From Bacteroides sp. (GTDB lineage Bacteria > Bacteroidota > Bacteroidia > Bacteroidales > Bacteroidaceae), in assembly GCA_052357945.1 (NCBI GenBank), contig DAWCXD010000012.1, positions 1,405 to 65,404 of the forward strand: a stretch of 64,000 nt of DNA, written 5' to 3'. The notes under the pieces are model-generated. The model saw only the letters and a list, made by a program, of their open reading frames with translations. It did not search any database and was not told the origin of the DNA. Shown piece by piece: positions 39,525 to 50,296 of the stretch. Every line of letters starts with the position of its first letter. Position 1 is the first letter of the stretch. A program made the position numbers and the translations under genes.

Positions 39525-41309
39525 ATGAAAACAATAGGAAAAACAATATTATTAGGATTACTGGTTGGTATATCCGCAGGATGTGAAGATTTAAAATTCG
39601 GGAATGCTTTTCTAGAGAAACCGATGAGCGATGATGTATCTATTGATACCGTGTTTTCGCAAAAAAAATATGCCGATCAAGCCTTGAATCAATTTTATAA
39701 GAGCTTACCTGACTTTATGCCGACCGAGGCTGGTATGCATCCGGGATCATTGTTGTTGGATATATATACGGATATGGGATATACAACAAGATCCGGTTGG
39801 GTGACGGGAGATTTATCTGCGGACAGTCATAGAAGATACTTTCCTTTCCGTTTGTCTCATGAATCGGAAGAAGAAGTGATGGGAGATCCGGTCTATGGTA
39901 TTCGTAAATCATATATTTATTTGGAGAATGTGGATAGAGTGCCTGATATGACCGCTGATGAGAAACGGATCCGAAAAGCGGAAGCAAAAGTCGTGATAGC
40001 TACTCATTATATTCAAATGATTCGCTTTTTTGGTGCAATGCCTTGGATAGACCATGCCTATAAACCTGATGAAGTATTCAGATTCTCCCGAATGACATTG
40101 GAAGAAACTGTGGATAAAACGGTTGCTTTACTGGATGAGGCGGCAGGCGATTTGCCTTGGTATACTACTGCTGTCGAATATGGGCACATGACGAAAGCTG
40201 TTGCTAAAGCTTTAAAATTTCGTTTGTTGCTGTTTGTTGCCAGTCCGTTATTTAATAATGACACCCCTTATTATGACGGGGCGGCTGCTACGGAACGATT
40301 GACTTGGTATGGCGATTATCAGCAGAGCCGATGGGAACGTGCTTTGGAAGCCGGCCGTGAATTTTTGCGACTGAACAAGCAGAATGGGGATTATTACCGG
40401 ATTCAGAATACCGGAAATCCCCAGGAGGATTATGTGAATGGTTATTTTGTGAAAGGTAACCAAGAGGTCATTATGCCTTCTTTCCGTTGGGCTACTTATA
40501 AGTGGTATAAGGCGTTTCGTATGGATGAGCAAGGCTATGGTTCTCCACGCGGCAATTATGCGGATATGTTTCAATGGAAAGACGGAAGTAAATTCGATTG
40601 GGATAATCAGGTACACCGGGCACATCCTTTTTTTGATGAGAACGGAAAGCCGACCCGTGATGCCAGATTGTATGAGACTTTATTGGTGAATGGTGATAAA
40701 TGGCAAGGTCGGAAATCGGAAGTTTATAAAGGTGGACGCGAAGGCTATGGCTCAGGAAGCAGTGTTGGTCAGAAAACACAATATGGTTACGGATTCCGAA
40801 AGTTCAAACGTGACGGTTCGGGAAGCAGTAAAACGAATGAAATGTTGAATAAACCTTATTCGTGCCCTCTGATACGTATGCCCGAAATCTATTTAGGGCT
40901 GGCTGAAGCGATGAATCATCTAAATCAGGCTAATCGTGCGGATGAATTTGGTAATACAGCTTATGATTACTTGAATCTGGTACATATGCGTGCGGGATTG
41001 CCGGCAGTGACTCCAACGGAAGTACCTTCGGGAACGGATTTGCTGAATTACTTGCTGGATGAACGTGCCTGTGAATTCGGACAGGAAGATGTCCGTTACT
41101 TTGATATGGTGCGATATAAGAAAGGTGTGGAATGGGTGGCCCGTCCTACGGAAATATTGGAAACGACAAAGAACGGGAATGATTTTGAATATAAAGTCAG
41201 CAAACGTAATGACATTGTATATTTATGGAAAGATCATTGGTATCTGATGCCATTTCCCCAGTCGGAGATTAATAAGAAATATGGTTTGATTCAAAACCCG
41301 GGCTGGTAG
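39525..41309 (+). CDS. SusD/RagB-like lipoprotein 1
   Basis: Lipobox SAGC; ERACEFGQEDVRYFDMVR, LIQNPGW end. Confidence 0.93.
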   Translation: MKTIGKTILLGLLVGISAGCEDLKFGNAFLEKPMSDDVSIDTVFSQKKYADQALNQFYKSLPDFMPTEAGMHPGSLLLDIYTDMGYTTRSGWVTGDLSADSHRRYFPFRLSHESEEEVMGDPVYGIRKSYIYLENVDRVPDMTADEKRIRKAEAKVVIATHYIQMIRFFGAMPWIDHAYKPDEVFRFSRMTLEETVDKTVALLDEAAGDLPWYTTAVEYGHMTKAVAKALKFRLLLFVASPLFNNDTPYYDGAAATERLTWYGDYQQSRWERALEAGREFLRLNKQNGDYYRIQNTGNPQEDYVNGYFVKGNQEVIMPSFRWATYKWYKAFRMDEQGYGSPRGNYADMFQWKDGSKFDWDNQVHRAHPFFDENGKPTRDARLYETLLVNGDKWQGRKSEVYKGGREGYGSGSSVGQKTQYGYGFRKFKRDGSGSSKTNEMLNKPYSCPLIRMPEIYLGLAEAMNHLNQANRADEFGNTAYDYLNLVHMRAGLPAVTPTEVPSGTDLLNYLLDERACEFGQEDVRYFDMVRYKKGVEWVARPTEILETTKNGNDFEYKVSKRNDIVYLWKDHWYLMPFPQSEINKKYGLIQNPGW

Positions 41310-41337
41310 TAAAAAGTAATAATAAAAGGATGTAATT

Positions 41338-44319
41338 ATGAATAAAATTCTATATACGATAGGGTTGGCATTTGCATTTTCTATCAATGTAATGGCACAA
41401 CAAACGGTGGGTGGAATTATAAAAGATACGGCGGGTAAGCCTGTTTCCGGAGTTAAAATCTCGAAAGTGGGAGAATTTAGAAACAGCAGCGTTACCGATA
41501 AAGACGGAATCTTCTCACTGGAATTGAAAGATGGGGATTATGTTGAACTGAATTATGCGGACGTGATAATAAAACGGGTTAAAGTAGCCGGCGAAATGAT
41601 GAATATTGTTCTTGACTTTCAGAAAGATGCTGCGGTTGATCTCGGTTTTATGAAACGTACGGAAGCAAATCAGACGCAGGCTGCGACGGCTATTTATGCG
41701 GATCAGATTGAAAAGAATGTTACTTCTATGTCGAAAATGAATAACGCATTTTACGGTTTGCTTTCAGGGCTGCATCTCACACAGAAGGTTGGCTGGCGTA
41801 CGAATGCGGAAATGAGAGTACGTGGGCAGGGAGGCATAGACGGTGGTGCGCCTTTGATTATTGTGGATGGATTCCAACGGGCGTTAGATCATCTTGTATT
41901 AGAAGAAATAGAGTCTGTACAAGTATTGAAAGACGGAGCGGCTACCGCTTTGTGGGGAGCTCGTGCTGCGAATGGTGTACTTTTAGTCAATACCAAACGA
42001 GGAATATATAACTCTTTTGATATTGATGTGAATTACCGGCATGGTTTCGATTTCTCAATTAACCAGCCGGAGATGGCAGACGCCTATACCTATGCTATGG
42101 CGCAGAATGAGGCTTTATATTATGATGGTTTACCCATGCAGTATTCTCAGAAGCAATTGTCGCAGTTTAAAAACGGCTCAAACCCGCTTTATTATCCGAA
42201 TGTGAACTGGGTGAAAGAAGGAACTAGAAATCACAGTGAAAACAACCAGTTTAATGTTGTGATGCGGGGCGGCGGCAAGCGGGTACGCTATTTGGCTTTG
42301 TTGGATTATAAAAACAGCTTTGGACTGCTGAATGAAGGTTGGTCACACTATTCTGACCGCTATAACTCACAAATCCGTAATTATGAATTGCAGTTGCGCA
42401 TGAATCTGGATGTCGATATAACTTCCAGTACGAAAATGAAATTCGATTTATTCGGGACTATCACAGAAGAAAAGCGCCCTAACACAGAAATAAACGCTAT
42501 TTTCGAGAATTTGTATAAGGTCCCCGCTGCTGCTTTCCCTGTGAAGACGAGCAATAATAATTGGGGAGGAAATACGATTTTTAAAATGAATCCGATTGCG
42601 ACGATCGCTGATGTGGGATATGTGCAGGATAACCGTCGTCTGTTGTATGCCGATATGCGTTTGACTCAGGATTTGTCTATGTTTGTTGAAGGATTGAACG
42701 CGGAAGTTGCGGTTGGATATGATAATTCTGCTACGTATCAGGATATAGGCAGCAAGACTTATTCGTATGAAGTAAGCTATCTGGCGGAAAATGGTCTTCC
42801 GGTGAGCGAAACCTATGATACGAATACGAACATGCAGGTTACTTCTTCCAAATTGAATAAACAGATATTACGTGCCACCGTGGAAGCTAAGTTGAATTAT
42901 GACCGTATGTTTAATGAGCATCAATTGTCTGCTGCTGCCGTATATCGTCAGGAGGCGGAAGACGGTCTGACAGTCGGCACTTCGTATTATCGTCAGAATG
43001 TAATGGGAGTGGTAGGATACAATTATGCTAATCGCTATATGGTAGATGTAGTAGGTAATTATTATGGTACCAGCGTATTATTGAAGGGAGATAAGTTCCG
43101 TTTCTATCCGGCTGTTTCAGTAGGCTGGAACTTGACTAATGAAGCTTTTTTGCAGAAAGCGTCTAAGCTGGATTTATTAAAGTTGCGTGCTTCATGGGGA
43201 CGTTCGGCAGTAGATAACCTGGCTTATGGATTAGGCAATTATTTCTGGACGGGGACCGGCAATTATCCTTTTGGTGAGAGCATGACTCCTGTCGGTGGCT
43301 TGAAAGAACAGAAGTTACCGATGCATCAGTTAAATTTGGAAACGGCAGATAAGTATAACATCGGTGTAGACGCCAGACTCTGGAAAAACCTGACTGCCTC
43401 TGTAGATGTATATTATGACCGCCGGACGAATATATTAGTTGCCAACAATAAGATCTCAAAGATGTTGGGTATCGACCCGGCACAGGAAAACGTAGGAAAA
43501 GTTGAAAGCCGTGGTGTAGAACTGAACTTAGGCTGGAATGGCAAACATAAGGACTTTAGCTACTATGCAAATGCAAATTGGGCATTGAATGATAGCAAAG
43601 TTATCGAAAATGGGGAAGCATACCAGCCTTATGACTATTTATATGCAAAAGGTCATAAAGTGGGACAGTTGTTCGGTCTGGAAGCTATTGGTTATTTCAG
43701 GGATGAAGAAGATATAGCCAAGAGCCCGGAGCAGACTTTTTCAATAGTGCGTCCCGGGGATATAAAATACAAAGACCAGAATGGAGATAAGAAAATAGAC
43801 AGTGAAGATAGGGTAGCTATCGGTAAATCGACTACCGTGCCTGATATGGTGTTTGGTTTGAATCTGGGCTTTGAATATAAAGGCTTTGGCATAGATATGG
43901 TATTTAACGGTATCAGTGGATTGACGAAACAGTTGAACGTGGCGAATGTACACCGTCCGTTACGCAATGGAAATACAAATATCGCGACCTGGTATTTGAA
44001 GGATAAAGTTCGTTGGACGGAGACGACGAAAGATATTGCGAATGTTCCCCGGCTCTCTACTTTATCTAATGAAAATAATTATCAGGCCAGTACCCAGTGG
44101 ATTGAGGACGGCTCATTCTTCAAGTTGCGTAATCTGAACGTGTATTATACTTTGCCGCAGAAATGGTCGGAGAAACTAAAGATGGATAAATGTCAGATTT
44201 ATGCAAGAGCGCAGAATGTGTTCTCCATAGATAAAATTAAGTATTTCAATTGTGAAGACCTTACTTTGGGATATCCCGACTTATTTTCTGTATATGTGGG
44301 TCTGAATATTAATTTTTAA
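41338..44319 (+). CDS. SusC-like TonB-dependent transporter 2
   Basis: PLIIVDG, IESVQVLKDGAATALWGARAANGVLLVNTKRG, PGDIKYKD, C-terminal LNINF. Confidence 0.95.
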   Translation: MNKILYTIGLAFAFSINVMAQQTVGGIIKDTAGKPVSGVKISKVGEFRNSSVTDKDGIFSLELKDGDYVELNYADVIIKRVKVAGEMMNIVLDFQKDAAVDLGFMKRTEANQTQAATAIYADQIEKNVTSMSKMNNAFYGLLSGLHLTQKVGWRTNAEMRVRGQGGIDGGAPLIIVDGFQRALDHLVLEEIESVQVLKDGAATALWGARAANGVLLVNTKRGIYNSFDIDVNYRHGFDFSINQPEMADAYTYAMAQNEALYYDGLPMQYSQKQLSQFKNGSNPLYYPNVNWVKEGTRNHSENNQFNVVMRGGGKRVRYLALLDYKNSFGLLNEGWSHYSDRYNSQIRNYELQLRMNLDVDITSSTKMKFDLFGTITEEKRPNTEINAIFENLYKVPAAAFPVKTSNNNWGGNTIFKMNPIATIADVGYVQDNRRLLYADMRLTQDLSMFVEGLNAEVAVGYDNSATYQDIGSKTYSYEVSYLAENGLPVSETYDTNTNMQVTSSKLNKQILRATVEAKLNYDRMFNEHQLSAAAVYRQEAEDGLTVGTSYYRQNVMGVVGYNYANRYMVDVVGNYYGTSVLLKGDKFRFYPAVSVGWNLTNEAFLQKASKLDLLKLRASWGRSAVDNLAYGLGNYFWTGTGNYPFGESMTPVGGLKEQKLPMHQLNLETADKYNIGVDARLWKNLTASVDVYYDRRTNILVANNKISKMLGIDPAQENVGKVESRGVELNLGWNGKHKDFSYYANANWALNDSKVIENGEAYQPYDYLYAKGHKVGQLFGLEAIGYFRDEEDIAKSPEQTFSIVRPGDIKYKDQNGDKKIDSEDRVAIGKSTTVPDMVFGLNLGFEYKGFGIDMVFNGISGLTKQLNVANVHRPLRNGNTNIATWYLKDKVRWTETTKDIANVPRLSTLSNENNYQASTQWIEDGSFFKLRNLNVYYTLPQKWSEKLKMDKCQIYARAQNVFSIDKIKYFNCEDLTLGYPDLFSVYVGLNINF

Positions 44320-44331
44320 ACAAGAAGAGTT

Positions 44332-46008
44332 ATGTTGAGTATAAAGAAATATATAATGGCAGCTTGTGTATTGTTATCATTGGGTGGATGCGATTTCCTG
44401 GATTATGATGAAACATCGGGAAAAACACAAGAAGAGGCCTATGCTTATTATGATAACCTCAATCAACTGGTAGCGTATGTATATACTTTTTTGCCCGTTG
44501 ATTTTGGCAGGGTAAGTGATGCTATGATGGAGTCTGCCACCGACAATTCTGTATATACATGGGAGGATAATAGTATCTATTATCTGACTAATGGAGTCTG
44601 GAGTCCGTTGAAACGCGTGGATGACGGTTGGGGATTCTGGCAGGGAATCAGGAGCGCTAATTCTTTTTTGGAGAACTATGATCTTGAAGTGTTGAAGCGT
44701 TTCGAGTACAACGAAGATTATAAAGAGATAATCAAAAAGGCTGAAAAGTTCCCTTATGAAGTCCGTTTCCTGCGTGCCTTCTACCTGTTTGAATTGGCGA
44801 AGCGGTATGGTGATATTCCTTTATTGACCCGTACTTACCAACAAGAAGAAATAAATTCTGTGGAAAAGACTTCGTTTGAGGAAGTGATAAGTTTTATAGA
44901 GCAAGAATGTACGGAGATAGCTCCGGAACTGCCGGTTAACCAAAATGAACTGATGAAGGAAACCGGTAGAGTGACCCGTGGAGCGGCTTTAGCTTTAAAA
45001 TCAAGAGCCCTGCTGTATGCTGCCAGTCCGCTTCATAATTCGGGTAATGATGTGACCCGATGGGAAAAAGCGGCAAAAGCGGCTTATGAAGTTATTGCGT
45101 TAGGCGTATATGAATTACCTAATGTTTTGGTTGACCCCTTATATGATACTCTGGGAGGAAATGAAGTCTTGAAATCCAAGCAACTAATCTTTGAGCGCCG
45201 TAATGCAACGAAAGATAATGCGTTTGAGGCTCGTAATGAACCGATGGGATATGAAGGAGCCAAAGGAGGTAACACGCCGACGCAGAATTTAGTGGATGCT
45301 TACGAGATGAAGGATGGCGTTTCTTTTGACTGGAACAACCCGAATCATGTTGCCAATATGTATTATGACGAAGATGGAAAGCAGACACGTGACCCCCGTC
45401 TTTACGTGAATGTACTGACGAATGGTGCAACTTGGTTGTCACAAACGGTAGAAGTATATGAAGGTGGCAAACATAAAATATTGGATGGCTCGACTAAAAC
45501 CGGATACTATTTGCGTAAATATATGAACCCTTCCGTATCTCTCGATCCGGTGAAACCCAATAAATTGGAACATCATTATATTTTGTTCCGTTATGCAGAG
45601 ATCCTGTTGAATTATGCGGAAGCAATGAACGAATGGAAAGGACCGGACGCTGAAGGAGATAAATGTCCGCTGACAGCACGTGCTGCTTTGAATCAGGTGC
45701 GTGATTGTGCCGGAATGAGACACATAGAAGAGAATGGTGAGGCTTTTACGCAAAAGATACGTAATGAACGTCGTATAGAACTGGCTTTTGAAGGACATCG
45801 CTTTTATGATATTCGTCGTTGGAAGATTGCCGGTAATGATGAAGTCAGAAATATATACGGGATAAAGATTATAAAAAGTGGAGACTCCTTTACATCTTCG
45901 AAAGTCCTGTTGAATAAACTGTATTGGGATGATAAAATGTATCTTTTCCCTTATCCGCAGAATGAGGTATATATGAATCCGAATCTGACACAGAATACGG
46001 GTTGGTAA
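44332..46008 (+). CDS. SusD/RagB-like lipoprotein 2
   Basis: Lipobox LGGC; EVRFLRAFYLF, RYAEILLNYAEA, ERRIELAFEGHRFYDIRRW, TQNTGW end. Confidence 0.95.
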   Translation: MLSIKKYIMAACVLLSLGGCDFLDYDETSGKTQEEAYAYYDNLNQLVAYVYTFLPVDFGRVSDAMMESATDNSVYTWEDNSIYYLTNGVWSPLKRVDDGWGFWQGIRSANSFLENYDLEVLKRFEYNEDYKEIIKKAEKFPYEVRFLRAFYLFELAKRYGDIPLLTRTYQQEEINSVEKTSFEEVISFIEQECTEIAPELPVNQNELMKETGRVTRGAALALKSRALLYAASPLHNSGNDVTRWEKAAKAAYEVIALGVYELPNVLVDPLYDTLGGNEVLKSKQLIFERRNATKDNAFEARNEPMGYEGAKGGNTPTQNLVDAYEMKDGVSFDWNNPNHVANMYYDEDGKQTRDPRLYVNVLTNGATWLSQTVEVYEGGKHKILDGSTKTGYYLRKYMNPSVSLDPVKPNKLEHHYILFRYAEILLNYAEAMNEWKGPDAEGDKCPLTARAALNQVRDCAGMRHIEENGEAFTQKIRNERRIELAFEGHRFYDIRRWKIAGNDEVRNIYGIKIIKSGDSFTSSKVLLNKLYWDDKMYLFPYPQNEVYMNPNLTQNTGW

Positions 46009-46029
46009 TAACAATGTAAAAGGAATGAT

Positions 46030-48579
46030 ATGAATACAAGTTTTTTATATGGAATATTATTGACCTCGTTAAGTATGTCGATGACGGGGTGCAGTGACGA
46101 TAAGGATCTCTTTTTTGAAAATCTGCAGAGTGACGAGACGTTGGAAGTGGTACACCCTAATGAGTGGGACAAGCCATATCCGCGTGAGGAACATGAGCTT
46201 TATTTGAATCCGGTTTCCATGATTGCGCCTCGCTCTGTAAAAGGGAAAGAGGAGTTTCTGGAGTTTGAAGTATCTCAGGATATGAACTTCTCGGGTGAAT
46301 CTACGTTCCGGTCGGGGAAAGTATCTTGGAACATTTATAATATTCATAAGGAAATGCCTGTCGGAGAGTGGTACTGGCGTTTCCGTAAGATAAGTCAAGA
46401 AAATCAAGCTGGAGCCTGGAGCGAAGTGAATAAGTTCACAGTGACAGGAAAAGAAGATGTATTTGTGACACCTGCTTTCTCGGAGTTCCTGAAAAATATG
46501 CCGGCAGGATATCCCCGTATTCACTGTTACTTGGATAAAGACCTGCCGACAGCCCGCGAAAAAGTGGAAAGCAGCCCTGAATATGCCAGTTTTATGGGAA
46601 GGGTTCGGACAGCATTGGAATATATGCCAACGACAGACCTTTATGCAGACAACAAAAAGGTAGAAGCTCTCAGGACGAATGTGGAGTACACTTTGTACAC
46701 TGCGCATATGCTTTTACAGGATACTAAATATCAGGATAAAATATTGGAGATTGCGCGTACTTTATTATATGTCGATATATCTTCCATGGAAAATTTGTCG
46801 GAAGCGGCGGTGATTAGTGCATGGAGCCATATTTATGATGCGTGTTATGAACGGTTGACAGGAGAGGAACGGGAAAGAATAGAAGATATTTTGATGACAT
46901 TCATCTCTAAGCATTACAATTCTTTCAAAGGAAGACTGGAATGTCAATTCTTTGACAATCACGTTTGGCAGCATATATTAAGAGCTATCACGCAGGCAAC
47001 ACTGGTCATTCATCAAAAGTATCCGGTAGCGTTGGAAGCATTGGAATATTGTTATGAAGTATGGAGTACACGTGCGCCGGATGCCGGACTTAACCGTTTC
47101 GGAGCCTGGATAAACGGAGTCGGTTATTTTGATGTCAACACCCAAAGTTTGTGCTATATGCCTTTGCTGTTCTCCCATTTGACCGGTGCTGATTTCTTGC
47201 AGCATCCTTGGTATAAAACGGCTGGGAAAGCGATGATGTATTCTTGGTTACCCGATTCAGGGCACGCCGGTTTCGGAGATAATAACAGTACTGTCTTACT
47301 TTACTCTCCTACCAGGCAGCGTGTTGCTTTTGCCGATTTTATAGCTCGGGAAGTGAAGGATTCTTATGCGGCCTGGTATGTGAAGGAGTGTGGAAATACG
47401 GTCTATGATGATACTTCCTTACGTTTGTATCGTATGGCAAGGTGGCATATATCTTACGGTTCACCCGAATTGAGCGGGGATAAACTGGATAACTTTGTCT
47501 GGTATAAAGATACGGGAGAAGGGGTTGCGTATTCCAGTCTGTCGGATAGAAGTAAAAATATGGCACTTGCGTTCCGTTCCAGTCCGTTTGGTTCGGGTAG
47601 CCATACGTTGGCCGATCAGAATAGCTTCAAGTTATTGTATAAAGGCAGATATGTCTATTTGAATGCGGGTTACTATCAGAATTTCAGTGACAAACATAAT
47701 ATATTGCAATACCGGCATACACGCGGACATAATTCAATATTGGTAAATGGAATCGGCCAGCCTTTTACTCCAAAGGCATACGGCAATATCAACAGGGCAT
47801 TAAATGGCGAAAATTTGGCTTATTTTATGGGAGATGCTTCGCATGCGTATTGTGGAATCTCGGATCTTACTGTATGGACTAACAACTTTAAAAATGCCGG
47901 ACTTTCTCAAACGCCGGAGTATGGTTTTGGAAAGACACCATTGAATAATTATAAACGCCATATCTTTATGCTTCGCCCCAATAAGGTGGTTATCTATGAT
48001 GATTTGGGAGCTGACGAGCCGGCTACCTGGCAATGGCTGTTGCATAGTTTGACAGAATTCCATATTGTAGGTAATAAGGTAACGACTGAATATGAAACAG
48101 ATAAAGGTAACTTTACTTCTGTTGCGCAGATATTCAGTGAACAGGCTCCCGGTATAGAAACAACCAACAAGTGGTATCCGGGTGGAGAACCGACCGATCA
48201 GGATCCGGTGAAGTATCCTAAACAATGGCATCTCACCGCTACATTCGGTCCTAGTATGAATAATAAGATTTTGACCGTTATTCAGTTGGGTGATGATAGT
48301 AAACAAATTGAGGACATTTGGCAAGTCAATAATAACTTTATAGTAGGCGACTGGAATATACAGGCGGAAATGGGAGCAAACAATGCTGCGGCTATCACCA
48401 TAACCAACAAGGTGACAGGTACGGTATTCAGTTATAATGAAGAGATGGTCATCAATGGAGCAACTTATCAGCGTGGGCAGGAAGGTTCTTCCGTTTTGTA
48501 TGACAATGTAGGCGGTACCATGCAGGTGCAGGAAATGTCGGATAAACCCTTGCAATCTACAAGAGCCGTGAGTAAATAG
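46030..48579 (+). CDS. DUF4962/heparinase II-III-like polysaccharide lyase (PL15-like), paralog C, lipoprotein
   Basis: Lipobox MTGC followed by SDDKD; DNHVWQ, WINGVGYF, SSPFGSGSHTLADQNSF, RGHNSILVNG. Confidence 0.8.
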   Translation: MNTSFLYGILLTSLSMSMTGCSDDKDLFFENLQSDETLEVVHPNEWDKPYPREEHELYLNPVSMIAPRSVKGKEEFLEFEVSQDMNFSGESTFRSGKVSWNIYNIHKEMPVGEWYWRFRKISQENQAGAWSEVNKFTVTGKEDVFVTPAFSEFLKNMPAGYPRIHCYLDKDLPTAREKVESSPEYASFMGRVRTALEYMPTTDLYADNKKVEALRTNVEYTLYTAHMLLQDTKYQDKILEIARTLLYVDISSMENLSEAAVISAWSHIYDACYERLTGEERERIEDILMTFISKHYNSFKGRLECQFFDNHVWQHILRAITQATLVIHQKYPVALEALEYCYEVWSTRAPDAGLNRFGAWINGVGYFDVNTQSLCYMPLLFSHLTGADFLQHPWYKTAGKAMMYSWLPDSGHAGFGDNNSTVLLYSPTRQRVAFADFIAREVKDSYAAWYVKECGNTVYDDTSLRLYRMARWHISYGSPELSGDKLDNFVWYKDTGEGVAYSSLSDRSKNMALAFRSSPFGSGSHTLADQNSFKLLYKGRYVYLNAGYYQNFSDKHNILQYRHTRGHNSILVNGIGQPFTPKAYGNINRALNGENLAYFMGDASHAYCGISDLTVWTNNFKNAGLSQTPEYGFGKTPLNNYKRHIFMLRPNKVVIYDDLGADEPATWQWLLHSLTEFHIVGNKVTTEYETDKGNFTSVAQIFSEQAPGIETTNKWYPGGEPTDQDPVKYPKQWHLTATFGPSMNNKILTVIQLGDDSKQIEDIWQVNNNFIVGDWNIQAEMGANNAAAITITNKVTGTVFSYNEEMVINGATYQRGQEGSSVLYDNVGGTMQVQEMSDKPLQSTRAVSK

Positions 48580-48605
48580 AATTGAAGTTATTAAAACATA
48601 CGGAT

Positions 48606-50279
48606 ATGAAAAGAATATTCTTTATAGTTACAATCATATATATGGCTATGTTGACATCGTGTAGCCGCGAAGAAACGGCAGGCAGCCAAAAGGAGGACAG
48701 TCGGGTATATATACAGATGGAGATTCCCGGAAATATTGCGGGAACACGTGCGCAGGTTAATATACCTGCTACTCATAAATTGCGTTGTATGATTGAGGTG
48801 TGGACAAAAGAAACGCCTGTTTTGAAGTATCGTGAAGAAATAGCGGTAGAAGCGGGGGCTGTTCCTTCTTTTAATTTTGCGTTGGAAGAGGGCGATTACG
48901 ACTGTCTGATGTGGGCGGATTTTATTCCACGGGATGCGGTCGCTGTTGAGAAAACGTCGGATGAAGTGACATATAATCATTTTGAGGATGTATGTTATCA
49001 TACGGATGATTTGCATGCTGTTACGATTAAGGATGCGCAACTACTTTTTGATACGGATATCTGCGACGCCTTTTTCGCTAAACTGTCACTGGCAAAAGAT
49101 GAAACACCAGTGACGGAGCGGCTTAAAATGACGCGTCCGTTTGCCAAACTGATTGTTAAAGAGAAAGACGCACAATGCTTTGCCACTCTTAAAAAGATGA
49201 CGGCTAGCTATGAGGTACCCAAAGGTTTTAACGTTGCTATCGGTGAATCTCTGGTGGGAACACTTCCTGTAAGCTATACCAAAACTTTTGAAGGAGACAA
49301 GTCCCAAGTGTTGTTTACCAATTATATTTTTGCTCCCGCTACCGTGGAAGGTCGGGTTTTATCAGCTGTTGCGTTATCATTCACTACAACGGGGACAACG
49401 GACTGTGAGATTCCGGCAGGAAGTATTGTCCTGAAACGCAATCAACGTGTCAATGCCAATGGCTACTTGATTCAGGGTGGTGGTATAGATCCCGAACCGG
49501 GTGAAGATGAAGAACTGAATGTCGGTGATTATTTCTTTATTGATGGAACTTGGAGTTCTGTTTTGACAGATGAGAATAAAGCGGATTGTGTGGGGATTGT
49601 ATTCGCTGTTGACCCTCAGAGTGGTGATGATATCACTCATTATGGAGAGAGTTTTGCAGGTAAAAGTATCAGAGGATATGTGATGGCTTTGGATAATCTG
49701 AAGAATCCTTCTACAATAACAATAGAGAATAAAGTTACCGGAACAAGCGGACGTCCTTATTTCTATAAATTTGATGGTAAGAATCCGGATGCTTCGGTCA
49801 CTCCTTTTACGTTGGAGGGGCATGTAAATCTGGTTGATTATGACGGATACGCCCAGACACAGGCTTTCTTGAATTCCGGACTTTTCAAGGAACACTCCAC
49901 TGATATGTCTTATCCTCTCCTTCAATGCTTTGAAGCGTGGAGCCCAACAGCGACGAAACCTCAGAATGCGAGTCCATGGTATATTCCTTCTTTTAAACAG
50001 ATGCTGGATGTTGTAGGAAAACGTTACGGGTATGCCGGTGATGATACATATCCTGCTGTAAGCAAGGTGGAAGCTTTTGCGGCGGCTTTTGAGGAAGCTG
50101 CCAAACCTTTTAATACTAATAATAACGGATATCATATGGGAACTTCTTCATTGAATGGTAAAACGCCGGCAGAACCGGTTGCTATCACTGTAAATGCGGA
50201 TGGAAGTAGAGTGCAGCCCTGGACACCGAGTAGTCCTGTCGAATATCTCACCCGTCCTGTTTTGACTATTATTAAATAA
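48606..50279 (+). CDS. PUL lipoprotein 1 (DUF6562/pilin-like N-domain, lectin-like C-domain); putative surface glycan-binding protein
   Basis: Lipobox LTSC; HKLRCMIEVW, YDCLMWAD, CDAFF, RPFAKL; VGDYFFIDGTWS, WYIPSFKQM; start MKRIFF. Confidence 0.65.
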   Translation: MKRIFFIVTIIYMAMLTSCSREETAGSQKEDSRVYIQMEIPGNIAGTRAQVNIPATHKLRCMIEVWTKETPVLKYREEIAVEAGAVPSFNFALEEGDYDCLMWADFIPRDAVAVEKTSDEVTYNHFEDVCYHTDDLHAVTIKDAQLLFDTDICDAFFAKLSLAKDETPVTERLKMTRPFAKLIVKEKDAQCFATLKKMTASYEVPKGFNVAIGESLVGTLPVSYTKTFEGDKSQVLFTNYIFAPATVEGRVLSAVALSFTTTGTTDCEIPAGSIVLKRNQRVNANGYLIQGGGIDPEPGEDEELNVGDYFFIDGTWSSVLTDENKADCVGIVFAVDPQSGDDITHYGESFAGKSIRGYVMALDNLKNPSTITIENKVTGTSGRPYFYKFDGKNPDASVTPFTLEGHVNLVDYDGYAQTQAFLNSGLFKEHSTDMSYPLLQCFEAWSPTATKPQNASPWYIPSFKQMLDVVGKRYGYAGDDTYPAVSKVEAFAAAFEEAAKPFNTNNNGYHMGTSSLNGKTPAEPVAITVNADGSRVQPWTPSSPVEYLTRPVLTIIK

Positions 50280-50296
50280 CTCTTAATTGTAATAGC

